This document shows positions 41,583-56,035 of a stretch of DNA of 64,000 nt, piece by piece. Both the position numbers and the translations under genes were made by a program. Below the pieces are notes generated by a model. The model was not told where the DNA came from. It was given only the letters and a program-made list of their open reading frames with translations, and did not search any database. Location: positions 23,374,001-23,438,000 of the forward strand of contig OZ024749.1 in NCBI GenBank assembly GCA_964016885.1, read 5' to 3'. Origin of the DNA: Eledone cirrhosa. Its lineage: Eukaryota. The stretch's first letter is position 1. Each line of letters opens with the position of its first letter.

Positions 41583-42468
41583 TATATTGTTATACTTTGG
41601 GAGGGTCATGTTGCCAAAAAGAAACACACGCACCAGTTGCTTTCACTTCAATTTATTATATATTTATAAATTTATAAATTTACAAATCTACAAACTTATA
41701 AATTTCTGGTTGGTTGGTTGGTTCCACAACCAGATAGTTGTTTATATATAGTCATAGTCCTTTCGTCACACACTCTGTGACCTCTTCAGTGATGCAGAAA
41801 AGATGCAATGTTTAGGCAAATTACAGAGGCAGTAAGCATAAAAGAATTACAACCAAAATTAAATAGAAAATATGAGTGGAACAGCAACATCACAACTTAC
41901 AATTAAGGACAAAATGAAAACACACACAGGACAAAATGAAAACACACACACACACATAGAACAAACAACTTACAATTAAGGACAAAATGAAAACACACAC
42001 AGGACAAAATGAAAACACACACACACATAGAACAAACAACCAACCAACAATAAATAAATAAATAAATAAACAAATAGATAAATGAACATAAACACACACA
42101 GACACCCGGATGTGGCGCATGCGCAAACTGAGCACACAACACACACACAGAAACAAAATGGCGCAGGATAGAAGAAAGGAAAGGCACAGAAACAAAGAAA
42201 GGAATCCCCAGTCACTGAAGAGGTCACAAAGTGTGTGACGAAAAAACTATGACTATATATAAACAACTATCTGGTTGTGGAACCAACCAGAAATTTATAA
42301 GTTTGTAGATTTGTAAATTTATAAATTTATAAATATATAATAAATTGAAGTGAAAGCAACTGGTGCGTGTGTTTCTTATTGGCAACATGACCCTCCCAAA
42401 GTATAACAATATCGGTTTCAACACACGATTTCAGATAAAGAATCTTGCTAAACAAATTCAGAAACGAA
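41583..42468. mobile_element. Penelope pLTR pair, head-to-head: inverted arm 41583-41792 (-) and GIY-YIG end + pLTR 41793-42468 (+); hammerheads at about 41750-41792 (-) and 42210-42254 (+)
   Basis: Identity to 1950-2510 and 30530-31197; both outer ends join (TA)n. Confidence 0.88.
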
Positions 42469-43303
42469 ATATATATATATATATATACATACATGTATAC
42501 GTACATACATAAATATATATATATGAGTATAAATGCGTATGTATGTGTAGTATTATATTCATCAACTGTGAATTCCATATCTAGTTAGACGGAATATACT
42601 CTGATTCTCTAGCGATATTACAATATATTGAACCGAACTATTCTCATCCTTTTCCTTCGTTCTCCAATTATAATTAGAAGGAGCTGTTGAATATATACTG
42701 CTTCTTTTGAGATAGTGAATGGCTACGCAAATGATATTTTAGATTACAATTATTTGCCAACGCACGATATTATAATGTTGGTTAGATAGATATATTCAAT
42801 AATACATTGGTAGTGTACGAAATATCTTTTAACTAGCAGAGTATCCGTAGAGTATGCAGATAAAAGAATTCACGGAATTACAAGTGCACCCTCTGCTAAA
42901 ATTAAGAGTGCTTGACATATTTTACATTAATTGAATTGGCAGAAGTTCTGAACACATTGCAAGCTATTCTTCATGTAATCCTGTAAACTGAAGTGATCCT
43001 GGATGAAAATATCCTTAGCTATTTCAGTACAAAATTTAAGGGAAAATAGAAAAGAACGTAGGTCGTATCGCATCATCCTTCTACTGCTATTTCAACTTCT
43101 ACGCCTGAAGGCAGAATATGGTCTAGGTAACTATTTTATAATACACGAAATACCGCTGCATTTAAATGCTTCTTAATAGAATCTGGAATGATGTCTTGAA
43201 ATATTTAAACCTGAAATCTGACATAATTTGTGATGTTAGAAAATGAATTGTCAAGAATATCAAAAAGATTTGAAATGCTTTAACCTGCTTTAATTCTATA
43301 CAA

Positions 43304-43410
<107 letters not shown>

Positions 43411-45029
43411 CTCATCACATATGTGTATACATATATGTGTGTTTGCCTGTAAGTGATATTTTGTGTATATATACATATTTGCGTGTGGGGGTAGTTTTTC
43501 TCATTGTGGGTATGTGTGCGTGTGTGTGTGCGTGTGTGTGAGGGGATTACGAACACTCATTTAATGTGTAATATGTAGTATTTCTCCGACAACCTCACAC
43601 AGGGGCATGCATTGCTTTTCAAAAGGACGACACCGATCAAATGCTCGTGTTATGCAATATCTGTTTAATGTTTTCTATGTTCATGTGTATTAATTTTTAC
43701 CTTTACCTTATTACATTTTATTATTTCTTACTTACTTAATTTCTTAATTCATTTTCCACCATAATTCAAAAAGAAAAAAAATATCTGTTATATAATTCTA
43801 TCGAGTGATTTGAATGTTCTCGCCATTAGAAAAAATTATTTTGTGATTTATATTATTTAATTTTTTTTATTTTTACCTTCAATCATGTATGGAACTCTAG
43901 GCTGGTTAAGAGGTTCGACATTGTTTTCTGAAGATGAAGCAGTGAATATACTAATCTTGTTGAAGCTTTTCTTTCTATATTCTTTTACTTGTTTTTTTGT
44001 TGGATTTAGATTTACATTATTATATTTTCAGTGTTAAGTTTTTCCCAAAGCTACTGTCAATTAAACTTTATCTTCCGCTTTTTATTTTGTTTTAAATTAC
44101 GTCTATTTCACCAAAATTTATTAATTTTTTACTCGCTTTCTTGCTATTTCTGTTTCTTTATATTATTTGTTATCTCTTATCCTATTTTGGGGTTTATGCT
44201 TGTTTTCTATTTTACTAAACAGATTTATTGGTGACTGGTATCACCACAAGGATGTTTAATGTCGTTTAAGCAGTGATTCCGGTTTGCAAACGACAAATTC
44301 TTTCTTGAAGGTATGACAAGATCGCGTACATATTCAGGCCCATACATATACCATACACAGACACAGAAAAAAGCATGGATGTACATATATAAAGACCCAT
44401 ACATATCCACACGTGTAAACAACACGGATTCACATATGAGCACACATGCATACACTCAAACACACAACACACAAAACTTATTTTTAAATACATAAATATT
44501 CGTATAGAAAACGAATATAAATATATAACTTCATATGCGAAGAACAAAACCACTTTCAATATCTATAACATGAACACATCTACACACATACAAATATTTG
44601 AACACATACAACACAAATATGCATAAAACTTTATGCATAGCTGAATGCATACGAAATTATACTTACATATATAAATCAACATATTCAATCTCCAACACAG
44701 CAAGAGAACAGAAACTCAAACATTCACACAGTCATACCATTAATTACAAAACAATACACACAAATCCATCTTAATCACATGAAAACAGGAAAAAACATAT
44801 TTACACATACATACATGTATTACATATATATATACATTAATGGACGTCCATTATACCTACATACGTATAAGCATATTTCCATAAAAGCTATCATAAAACA
44901 TTTCCATAAAAATATAACAATTCGAATCACACACACACACATACACACACACATACAGATATAAAATAATATTTACATACAACCTATCAGCTTGACACAT
45001 CCACATACTCGCATACACAATCCACCCAA

Positions 45030-45385
45030 GCTATCCTACACACACACACACATGCAATTCCACAGCCATACATAAATGCTAACGACATGTGCACAACCCT
45101 GCAGATATTCAAAAACACCTAGAGAGACAAGTGTACAACGAAAAAAAAACGTACACACACACACACACACATGCGCACACAGACGCACATACACATACAC
45201 ACACACACGTACATACATACACGAACATGTACAACACACATACTCGTACACCCAGAAAGAATCAAAGATCCATACACAGACATACAGCACACAGAGAAAC
45301 GCACACGCAGATACACACGTGTACATATAACACACACTCTCACATGCAGAAAGAAACAAAGACCCATGCATACACATACAGCACG

Positions 45386-45462
<77 letters not shown>

Positions 45463-46025
45463 ATACAACACACACATTCCCCTACGCACATGCACACATA
45501 TATACAGTACACATTCTCTCACACCCAGAAAGGCTCAAAGACACATACACACACATATAGCGACACACACACACACGCCCTCCCCCCCCACACACAAACA
45601 AACAACACACATTCTCTCACCCCCAGAAAGACTCAAAGACTCAAGCACACACACACAGCGATACACAGATGCACACACACATTCATACAACACACATACA
45701 ACACACATTCTCTCACACCCGGAAAGACTGAAAGACCCATGTACACACACTGCGATACACATAAATACGCACACATTCATACAACACACATACAGCACAC
45801 ACTCTCTCATGCAAAAAAAGACTCGAAGACACATCCACACACACAGCAATACACAGATACACACATACACTCACTCATACAAGACACATTCTCTCACACC
45901 CATAAAGACTCGAAGACACAAGCACACACACACACACACTGCAAAACACAGATACACACACGCATACATCCACACACACACACGCACAACACAGTACACA
46001 GTCTCTCACACACACATGCAACGGC
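45030..46025 (+). repeat. CA-rich degenerate minisatellite
   Basis: Recurrent acacattctctcacacccagaaagactcaaagac interleaved with (CA)n. Confidence 0.75.
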
Positions 46026-46542
46026 AAAAACAAACGAGGATGTTTCTATGTTCGAAGAATTGAGAAAGTGAATTTTTTTATTCAAATATAGAAGAGAAAT
46101 TAAATAAAAATGCTTCTAACTACTAATTTAAGATTCGAAAATTGCAGACTTTCTTCAATTTAGCTACGGGCTGCTGGAATTTACATTGTCATACAAAATA
46201 TAATGTATCTCCTCAGAACACACACAACAAATCTAATAATAATAATAACAAAAAAATAATAAGAATACTAAAAAAAATAATAATAATGGAACCTCAGCAA
46301 TCAATTTACAAAACGCCACGTTCAAATATGCAATATTTCGCTTTCCGTTTTTATTTTAAGATTAATATGGATATTTACATCTGCCTACACTTTATAAAGT
46401 AGTGATCTGTTAACGGAGACTTTTGTTCGTTTTAAAGTAACGGCCCAGAATATGGATTTGCCTACACTCTGTAAAATAGTGATCTGATAACAGAGAATAC
46501 ATGTGTTTATTTGAAATTAGCGGCCCGGAATAGGGATATGTT

Positions 46543-46697
46543 CATGCTTTCCAGCATAGTTACGTCCCTTTACGGTCTGAGTTCAAATCCCGTCGAGGTT
46601 AACTTTGCCTTTCATCCTTACGGGGGTCGATAAAATAAAGTACCAGTAATGTAGTGGGTAATTTGCTGGCCTTGTGCCAATAGTAGAAACAATTATT
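46543..46697 (+). mobile_element. Nin-domain SINE, 5'-truncated
   Basis: gagttcaaatccc..gcctttcatccttacgggggtcgataaaataaagtaccag..ggccttgtgcc..acaattatt. Confidence 0.8.
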
Positions 46698-46848
46698 AAT
46701 ATTCGAAAAACGTAAATTCACACACACACACACACACACAAACACAAACACACTAGAATATATATATATATATACATTTCTTCATAGGAGCCTTTATTCT
46801 TATAGCCTGGTCTAATTGAGTTTTTATGTATCTGTAAATATTTATATT

Positions 46849-46892
<44 letters not shown>

Positions 46893-46894
<2 letters not shown>

Positions 46895-47625
46895 CAGAAG
46901 GAATGCTAATGGCTGCTCAAGTGCAAGCCCCCAGAGCGAAGTGGGTGAAACACCATATTTGCAAGGAGGAGGCTAGCCCATTGTATAGGATTTGTGGAGA
47001 GAGAGAGGAGACTGTGGATCACATTGTATCCGAGTGTAAACACCTAGCCCAGCCTCACTATAAAGGCTGGAGACATGATGTGATAGGCAGGGTGATCCAC
47101 TGGCATCATTGCAAAGTAAACAATTTACCACATTCTGAGAAGTGGTATGAGCATAAGCCAGAGGCGGTGATAGAAAACGATCAGGTGAAGGTGCTGTGGG
47201 ATTTTAGGATACAGACGGATAAGAAATTAGAAAACAATAGGTCTGAGCTGGTGGTTTTGGACAAGGAAAAAAGATCGTGCCTGATTGTAGATATAGCCTG
47301 CCCATTTGACACGAGAGTGCAAGAAAAAGAGAGGGATAAAATTAACCAGGACTTAAAGTGGGAGGTAAAAAGGATTTGGAACTGCCATGAAGTCAAAGTG
47401 ATCCCGATTGTCATAGGCGCACTAGGTACTATTTCAAAAAGTTTCCAGGCATGGTTAAAGAAAATTGGCCACTTCACGCTTTTTGGAACGCTTGAAAAGG
47501 CATGCTTGCAGGGAACAGCAAGAACCCCCCGATACGTCCTGAATATCTGAGGCTGCAGGTAGTGGATTGATATTCATTTCAACAAACTTTCCAGTTAAAT
47601 AACATCAATGACTGAGATTCAAAGT
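46893..47625 (+). mobile_element. Dong family A 3' fragment (CCHC + endonuclease)
   Basis: TEGMLMAAQ..RICGEREETVDHIVSEC..RHD..DIACPFD; short (TAA)n tail. Confidence 0.9.
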
Positions 47626-48569
47626 ACCATAATAATAATAATAAGAAGAAGAAGAGAGGGAAGAAGACGCACGTGGTGGATAGAAGGTCATGAAATCGCT
47701 CCCGTAAGTTTTTGGTTTTTAACATATTTAAATCAATTGTGAAATAACAATTCTTAGTACAAATGATACATAAAGCACCAGACTCAACTCTCAGAAAATT
47801 CGGATCCATAATATCCAGTTATATCGCTCAAATATTTAATTTTGTATCATACATTTTTATTCAAAAAAGAAACTGGTTATAAATGGAAGAAAACCCCCTC
47901 TGTCTACACTATATAGAACAGCCAAATAACAGCAATTTCACCAACACCACAAACTAGATACACCACCTATCCCATCACCCCTCTGTGTACACTAAATACA
48001 ACAGCCAGATAACGCATATTTCACCACAACCAGCACCAATCCCAGCATAATAATAATAATTACTATTATTACTGTCTCAAGTTTTCACAACATTTTTAAT
48101 TCCAATATTAAGAAAATATGTCAACACATATACTAAACATACGCGACAAACCGCATAGATATACAGATCAAACAAACTACAGTCTATTCAACGAAACTCA
48201 GTAACGACAACGCCATCACTATAGTCCCGCCGCCACCACTTCATCCAAAATTGCTACCACTATCGCATCACCGCCGTCACCACTCCTTCATTGCTACCAT
48301 CACTATTACCCCATTACCTTCTGTTAACTTAAGAAAGAAAGAAAGAATGAAAGGGGAAGGTGGCGGTATCACTAGACAAGGGAGAGGCTAGCAAAAGATA
48401 TAAATAGATTGACTTAGTGACCCGGCCACCGGCCAAACGTCATCGACTATGGCACTGCTAGCTCCACCCTTCCCCACCAATAATAGAAAAAAGCCCCAGC
48501 ACATACCACCGACATAGCCAACAACAATAACAGGCAACTTCAGCAAAAATTATATTATATTATTAATAA

Positions 48570-51036
48570 TTTCATTCTTAAGCCACGCAATGCTCACATT
48601 AAGGAACCACTCATGATAATAACAATTTAAATAAACAACAAAAAAGAAAACCCGTGACCAAGAAACACAGGGATGGCGGTCGGCGGGGAATAGTCGTGTC
48701 TCTAGAGGAGGACCACCCCTCTAGTCTTGGTTGACACTCGTCCTAGAAGTGGTAACACGAAATGATTACCCCTTGGCGGATAAGGATAAAACGCGACAAA
48801 ATAAAGTAAATGTCAAATGATAAAATCTCATACAGGATCGGCCGTCACCCGGGTCAAAAAGGGCCGCGTCCCTCAGAGAGGAACCAGACTGGGGTCAAAA
48901 AATCAGTTAATGGTTCAAACCTTCCCATCACTTCGGAGCTGGAGACCTCCCATAACCGGAATACTCCTACTGTTGGCCCTCCATGCTCACCACCAAGAAA
49001 TCCAAAGAAAAAGAGAGAAAAATGGTCAAGGGAAAATAATAAAGAAGTCCTTGAAGCTTTCTACACTGACATGTACTACCCATCAAATACATCGAATACA
49101 GAACAGACATATATCAACTGGAAAAAGAAACAACCCGAAAACAGAGGCTATATTGACAGTAACAAACTAGCCAATATACGAAGAAATATTGTAAAAAAAA
49201 GTTACTAACTGATATAGAAATTGATCAGATGAAGCTATTAGCACAAAGTCAGCGAAGGGAAAATGAAACATGTGTCAGTGAAAACGAGGTAAATTGTAAC
49301 ACTTCGAATCCCAGGGTTGGGGCGAAATCACTGACAACAGAACAAATTAAAGAAATGATCGAAAAAGTGGAGGGAGTGCATGCTCAAGATGAAACTCATA
49401 ATGAAAACAATGAGATCGTAAATGATAAAGAAATGAATGAGAATGAACTTGCCAAATTGAAGGATGAAATTATGATCGAATGGATGAAAATGAAAGAATC
49501 TGACATGGGGGAACGAGACACCCTCCCTAAGATCCGGAACTCCAAACAGAACAAAAAGATAAATGATGAACAATTACAAGGGCTATTATCCGCTGTGGAG
49601 CAGTTCAGTGATGACATTAAAATGGAGTTTGGACTAGATAAATGCGCCAAAGCAACGTTCACCAGAGGAAAGCTGCTGAAAAGTTCAGACATTAATCTTG
49701 ATCGGGGGAATGTGATAAGAGAACTTGATCAAGAGGAAACTTACAAATATCTAGGTGTTTGTGAAGGAGACGGAATCAAGCACTTGACAATGAGGGAAAG
49801 GATAAGGAAGGAATGTTACCGCAGAGTAAGAGCAATCTTAAGAACGGAATTGAATGCAAGGAATAGGATCGATGCCATAAACACGCTTGCCATACCAGTA
49901 GTAACCTACAGTTACAATGTCATCAACTGGTCAAGCACAGAGATCCGTAGGCTCGATACAAAAATTCGAAAATTCTTAACCATGCACAGAATGCATCACC
50001 CTAAGGCAGATACAGATATAATATATCTCCATACGAAAGAAGGAGGACGTGGGTTAATCCAGTTAGACATTGCGTTGAAAACTGCAACAATTGGATTATC
50101 TACATATCTAAGGGAATCACATGATTGGATGATCAAACTCATTTTGAAACACAAAAGCATCAAAAGATCATACTCCATTACAAAAGATGCACAAAGATAC
50201 AGTAATGGACTACAAATTTCAGAAGTCCCATTTATTGCTGAAATGGAAAACATAGAAAAAGCAAAGCAGGTAAAAGTAACTGCAAAGAAAGAACTGCAAC
50301 AGAAACTGTCTAAGAAATGGCAAGAAAAGCCTCTGTATGGAAAATACCCAGAACAAGCTAACAATCCTGATGTTGACAAAACTTTAACCCATCAGTGGTT
50401 GGCATCCTCTGGACTGAAATCGGAGACTGAAGGACTGATTATATCAGCACAAGATCAGTGTCTGCCAACAAAATCTTTCCCAGCCAACATAATAAAAAAT
50501 GGATGCAGCCCATTATGCCGTGTATGTAAAAAACAACCAGAGACCATTGACCATATAATTTCAATGTGCAGTCCTATAGCTCCAACCGAATACTTAAACA
50601 GGCATGACAGAACCGCACAATACATACATTGGATAATGTGTAAGCATTTTGACCTGCCCCATCAAAAGAATTGGTGGGAGCATCAACCACTTCCCATACT
50701 TGAAAAAGATCACATCTCAATCTTGTGGAACTTTAGAATCCAAACAGACCGACAAATAGATGCAAAAAGACCTGATATAATACTGAAGGACTTTAAAAAG
50801 AGGGTATGCCTGCTAATTGATATGTCCGTTCCAATAGACAAGAATGTATCTATAAAAACATTTGAAAAATTGAGCAAGTATAAGGACCTGGAGATAGAAA
50901 TTGGAAAAATGTGGAAATTGAGAACTAAAACAATACCAGTGGTTTAGGCGCTCTAGGAATGTTACCTAAGGGGTCTAATGATTACTTATCGCAAATCCCA
51001 GGAAACTCGCGTATAGGAGAAATACAAAAGATAGTA
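48570..51036 (+). mobile_element. Dong family B, second copy, with about 1.4-kb in-frame deletion of the RT core and a truncated 3' end
   Basis: Matches 20505-21510 then jumps to about 22886 at about 49560; ORF 49229-50947 keeps CCHC and endonuclease. Confidence 0.9.
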
Positions 51037-51074
51037 AATGACTGAGACTCAACGAACAATAATAGTAATAATAA

Positions 51075-54000
51075 TGATGTCTTTATTAACCACAAGGGTT
51101 TACATAAAGTAGACATTAAGGACAGTGCAGGACAATACAGGACGGTACAAATTGGCATTTCTGCGTGTAAAAAAGGAGGATGTAACAAAACAAAATAGGA
51201 GGATGTAACACAAAAATAAGAATGAAAAATTCCCCAATAGGGGGGAGACTTCGGAGGGACATTTGTGGAGAAAGCCCAGTAAAAGTCCACAGTGACCCTG
51301 ACCACCAAGGCAAGTGCCCTCTCCCAGTTTTCCACCTTTAATATACAGATACATACTCAGAGTAGGCCCATTCAGTGGGGCCATTCTTGCTTCTCTCAAC
51401 CATCTTTCAACAAAATGCTGGGAAGAGAGCACTTTCCTCCCTACTCTGATTTTCCTTTTCAAATGAAATTTTAAAAAGTCAATCAGGGCATCACAGAAGA
51501 GGTAAGTGCTCGTCTTCAGCCCTTTCAAACGTGCCCGCCATACTATCTCTTTCGCCATGGCCACCAGACAGATAAAAGCTTCCTGCCCTTCCAGGTTAAA
51601 GGAAGAGGGCGGGGCAATCCTCACGATGGACTCAGATGATAGCCGGATCCGTCCTACACGCGACAGCAGGTATTCGACATGAACCCACAAGTCAGCAATT
51701 TTCGGACACAGGGCGGTTTCATAGCCCGGCGCGCATCTCTGACATGCCCGGCTGACGGCTCCACCATGTCTGTAGAGTTTATCCCGAACTCGCAAGGCTC
51801 CTCGGTAGCACTGCTAGGCCAGAGATTTCTGGAAGTTGTCAATAGGCCCCGGCCCGAAAGTTCTTCCGAAGAGATTGGCTAGTTGATTTTCGTCGACGCC
51901 TAGAATTTCCCCAAGTACGTCGTCGCTCTTCCCCTCCACTAATCCTCTATAGAACGCCGAGGTGGAGTTTCAACCGACCACATTTCCCGATTGGTCGAGG
52001 GCTGTGAGAGCCTGAAGACATTCCAGTCTCCAGGCGCTCCCTCTCGGTCTTCGCTTGACCCAGGACTGCAGCTCTGTCAAGGAAACGAGCTGGGGAAATA
52101 CGTGTCTAGCAAACGGCGACCACACCTGATCACCGTCGAGGAAGAGGTGGAGATGTCGTAGCCTGAGCGCGTGTCTGCGCATCATCAGCCAAGGCATGCC
52201 CAGCCCTCCACGTAGCGGGTGTTGACAACAGATGGACCGCCTGACCATCGGAGCGCGTCCCTTCCACAAAAAGCGAAAGAGCAAACGCTCCAGCGCAGTC
52301 AGGCGTGGCTTAGGACAAGGTACGACGGTCAGGCGGTAGCAGATGACAGACGCGATGTACGCGTTAGCCACCTCCGCACGAACTTTCAGAGATAGCTTAC
52401 TCTCAGCCCATTTCTGGGTGAGAGAAGCCACCCTGCTCGTCACCTCGTCCCAGTTTTTGTCCGTCTGGATGTCAGGACCGAACCAGACCCCTAGCAATTT
52501 AACCGGTCCGTCCGTCCAGCGTCCGACGACGCTGTTGGACGGCATGGACCTTCCTCTGCAGGTGCCGAGCTGCAGGCCCACTGACTTTTCCGGTTGATCA
52601 TTGCACCTGTCACCGCTTCGTATTCTTTTAGTGTAGTGCCGATCGCCTGGATGTGTTTGGCGTTCGACACCACTACGGTGACATCGTCCACATATGCTGA
52701 CACGTATCTTCCGCATCCTAATTCGCGCGGGACCCCCCTCAACGTCTCCAGTTTGTGCAGTAATGACTCGAGAGTCAATACGTACAAGAGGGACGAGAGG
52801 GGACATCCTTGGCGGACGGAGCGAATGATGTTGAACGGTTCCGAGAGGTGACCGTCACTCTCACCACAGAGCTGATGTCGCTGTGCATGGCAGCGATCCA
52901 GCCTCTGAAGACGGGCCCAAAGCCTGCCGCCCTCAGGACTGCCGCTAGGTAACGATGTTCGACCCTATCGAAAGCTTTCGACTGATCTAATTTGATCAAG
53001 GTCCCACGCGTGCCAGGTTCCCTAGCTACCCTCTCTATGATGTATCGCATGAGGTGGAGGTTGTTGTGGATGGATCTCTCGGGAATGACGCATGTCTACG
53101 CCTCTCCCACCAGATCACCAACGACAAGCGCCCACCTCTTTCCTAGCACCTTGGCCAAAATCTTCGACATTGTGTTTAGCAGAGTTATGGGCCTGAAATT
53201 ATCTATGTTATCCCCCTTGTTCGGATCCTTTCTCAGCAGTGCCACCGCTCCTCGGCTCACAGAGATGGGAATTCTCCCGTTCTGTTGCCAGTTGCAGTAG
53301 ACGTCCGCCAAGAGGCCTCCGAACAAGTCTGGCATCTGTACGTAAAGTTCATAGGGCAGAACCATCCAAAGCAGGCGATTTACCCCTTGTGCAGCCAGTC
53401 ATTGCCTCCCGTACTTCAGCGGCTGTTATCGGCTTTTCGCAACACTCCGCCTCAGTGGCCGAGAGCCGTGGCAGTCCCTCGAGGTAGACACTAAAGTCCA
53501 TCCCTCGACCCGGCCCACCGCTACCCCCGAAGAGCTGAGCAAAGTGTCGCTGAAAAGCTTCACACATTTGCCCGGGATCGAGTATTATGCGCCCTTCGTT
53601 GTCCACCAAAGACAGGATCGTGGCTTTGTTGCCACGACGTGCCTCCGGCACTCAGGCCCATTGAATGGCTTTCGTCCCCTCGTGTCTGAGAGCCGGCACC
53701 CTAACTCTGACAACGCAGCCTTCGTGCTTTGCATTGAAGAAATGGTCGTCGGCTCTTCTATGAGTATGTCCGAATATACTCTCCGGTTGAGAGTCCTCTT
53801 AGGCTTCTGAAATCACCAACTGCGTTGGGGAATTTCGTTTTAATGTTTGTGTATTGTTTCTGTGCTATTCTTACCAGTCTTATGTTCGTTGGTGTTTTGA
53901 TTGGTGCTGGTATTATGTAGTCGTGCTGTGAAATGTCTGTGTGTTCAATTATGTAATCATTAGTTTCTTGTTGTGTGTATTTATTGCCGTGCATTTGTTT

Positions 54001-56001
54001 TTCTGGGGGTGGGGTGTGGTTCTGCTATTTTCTTGTCGTTGTTGCTGGGTGTGTGTGTTTTGTTGTTGCGTTTGCGATGTTGGTGCTTGTGGTGGTGGTG
54101 TTGAAGGTGTTGTTGTTGTTGGCGGTGGGGTTGTCGCCGGTGGTGATGGTGGTGCTAGTGTGGGTGGTGATGGTGTTGGTGGTGTTGCTGCTGTGTGTCT
54201 CTTTGCAGTAGCCTTTACCCATTTTTCATTGTTTCCCCCCTTTTCGAAGGCGACGATGCGCTGCTTCTGCGTTTGTGCCTTCTTGCGACCTTTTGCCATC
54301 CCTCTCCCACCTCACACTCCATGTCTGATTCTGTGAGGTCGGGGAGGGGTACCAGCTCCACTCTTTCACTTGTTGTTGTTGGTAATGTTTGCAGTGGTGT
54401 CTCTGTTGCAGCTGCAGTTGGTATTACTGTTGTTGTTTATACTACCGCTGCTGCTGCTGTTCTTGATTTCCGTGGCGTGGGTATGCGTGCCACGGACCTA
54501 TCGTTCCTGGTTGCTGCTTGTCCTGTTGCCGGTAGCAGTGGAGCCGGTTTCGGAAGGAGGGGGGTTTCTCCTTTCTCAGGGTTTTCTCGTTGCAGAAGGC
54601 CCTGAGGTGAGTCTTCGATCCACAGCGAAAGCATTTCGGGCGTTTGCCCTCAACACTTATGGGCAGTTGAGTGCCGTTATCGAAGTCTATCACATCCGGG
54701 ATAGCTTCGATGCACTCCTGGTTGGTTTGGATTAACATCTCAATGGAGGTGCCGAACCAATCTTCTCTTACTTTTTTCTGTACTTGTAGTACATTTGTTT
54801 TGTCCTCGATTCCGACGAGGACAGACGCGGACAGCCAAGAAGTGGCCATCCCGGGGGGAAACTTGGGTCACTTTGACCCTCACAATTTTTCGCCCGCAGT
54901 AGGAGGGCACCAACACCATTTCCTCGCTTCTTAGGGTCACTCAGGATTGAGCCTTTTCCTCCTGGGGTGTGGCAAAAAGCACGTCTACGGTGGCATATTT
55001 CTTGCCTCGGGTGATATGCGTTTTCCGCTGCCACACAGACCCTAAGGCTTTTTGTATTTGAGCCTCTGTGGCTCTTTCAACCCTACGGCATTTTGTGCTT
55101 ACTGTACGGTACGTGGCCGTACAGTGCTGTTGGGTTTCGAAAAATGTTTCGGCTGCCTTGCAGATTGCTCGATGTCCGAATTTCGTCACCATCTTCTTTG
55201 CTTCCTGTAATTCCTCATTTGTTATGAGGATGGTTTCCAGGTTCTTTGGGATACCTGCAAACGAGATTGGTTTTTCTTTGCTGCTGTTGTGTTGTTGTTG
55301 TTGTCGTCAGGGCTGCTGTTACTTTTGTTGTTGCTGCAGGTATTACGACTACTGCCGCCGCCGCTGTTGCTGTGGTTGTTGTTGTTGTTACTGCCGCTGC
55401 TGTTCTTGTTGCTGTTGCTGCTAATGCTGTTGTTGTTTATGCTGCTGCTGATGCTGTTGCGGCTGATACTGTTGTTTTCCTTGTCACTGTTGCTGCTGCT
55501 GCTGTTATTACGGCTGCTATTGCTATTATTCATAACGCAGACGAATGAAATGGGTTTTCGTATTTACTGCACACCTTTTTCGTCGTTGTCGTCGTCGTGG
55601 AGAAATGTTCCTAGTTTTGCACGTGATTTTGGAAACTATTTTTCTTTACTGGCGTCGCTTGCGAAAGAGAAGGGAGGGAGAGAGACACATTTAGAGAGAC
55701 AATCTTCTCTCTGGTGTAGTGACGATTGAGGAAGAAGAAGACGGAATGAGTGGGAGTGACTTGTGAAAATTATTTTTGTAGCCATGTTTTTTTTGGGGTT
55801 TAAAATAAATATTGGGCACAAAACCCAAATTAGCAGTTATTTAACCCCGAAGGGCCAAATAACGGGCAGAAAGACCCCTCTCACGAGGAGGAGGGTGTTT
55901 TTGTCTACAATTTGGTTAAAGTTTTAAACAATTTACAATTGTTATAGCGGTCAAAATTTACAATACGTTACAGAGCCGAGCCTCCGTCAACCATGGCATT
56001 C

Positions 56002-56002
<1 letters not shown>
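51075..56002 (-). mobile_element. L1/Tx1-like LINE with 5' region and ORF1 remnant, frameshifted RT, APE domain not visible; antisense in (TAA)n
   Basis: ORF1 zinc knuckle CFRCGSKTHLRAFC (54442-54849); RT fragments 51970-53651 (LDQSKAFDRV, AYVDD); C-terminal CQRC; (TAA)n at both ends. Confidence 0.85.

Positions 56003-56035
<33 letters not shown>

Noticed and set aside
43925-43975. CTGAAGA core match
   Set aside because: No GAAA/NUH with consistent stems downstream
45036-46085. His/Thr-rich and Cys/Val-rich ORFs up to 324 aa
   Set aside because: Translations of a CA-rich minisatellite
55222-55729. Ala/Asn/Ser/Leu-rich ORFs
   Set aside because: Low-complexity trinucleotide region of the Tx1-like element's 5' part, not a host gene
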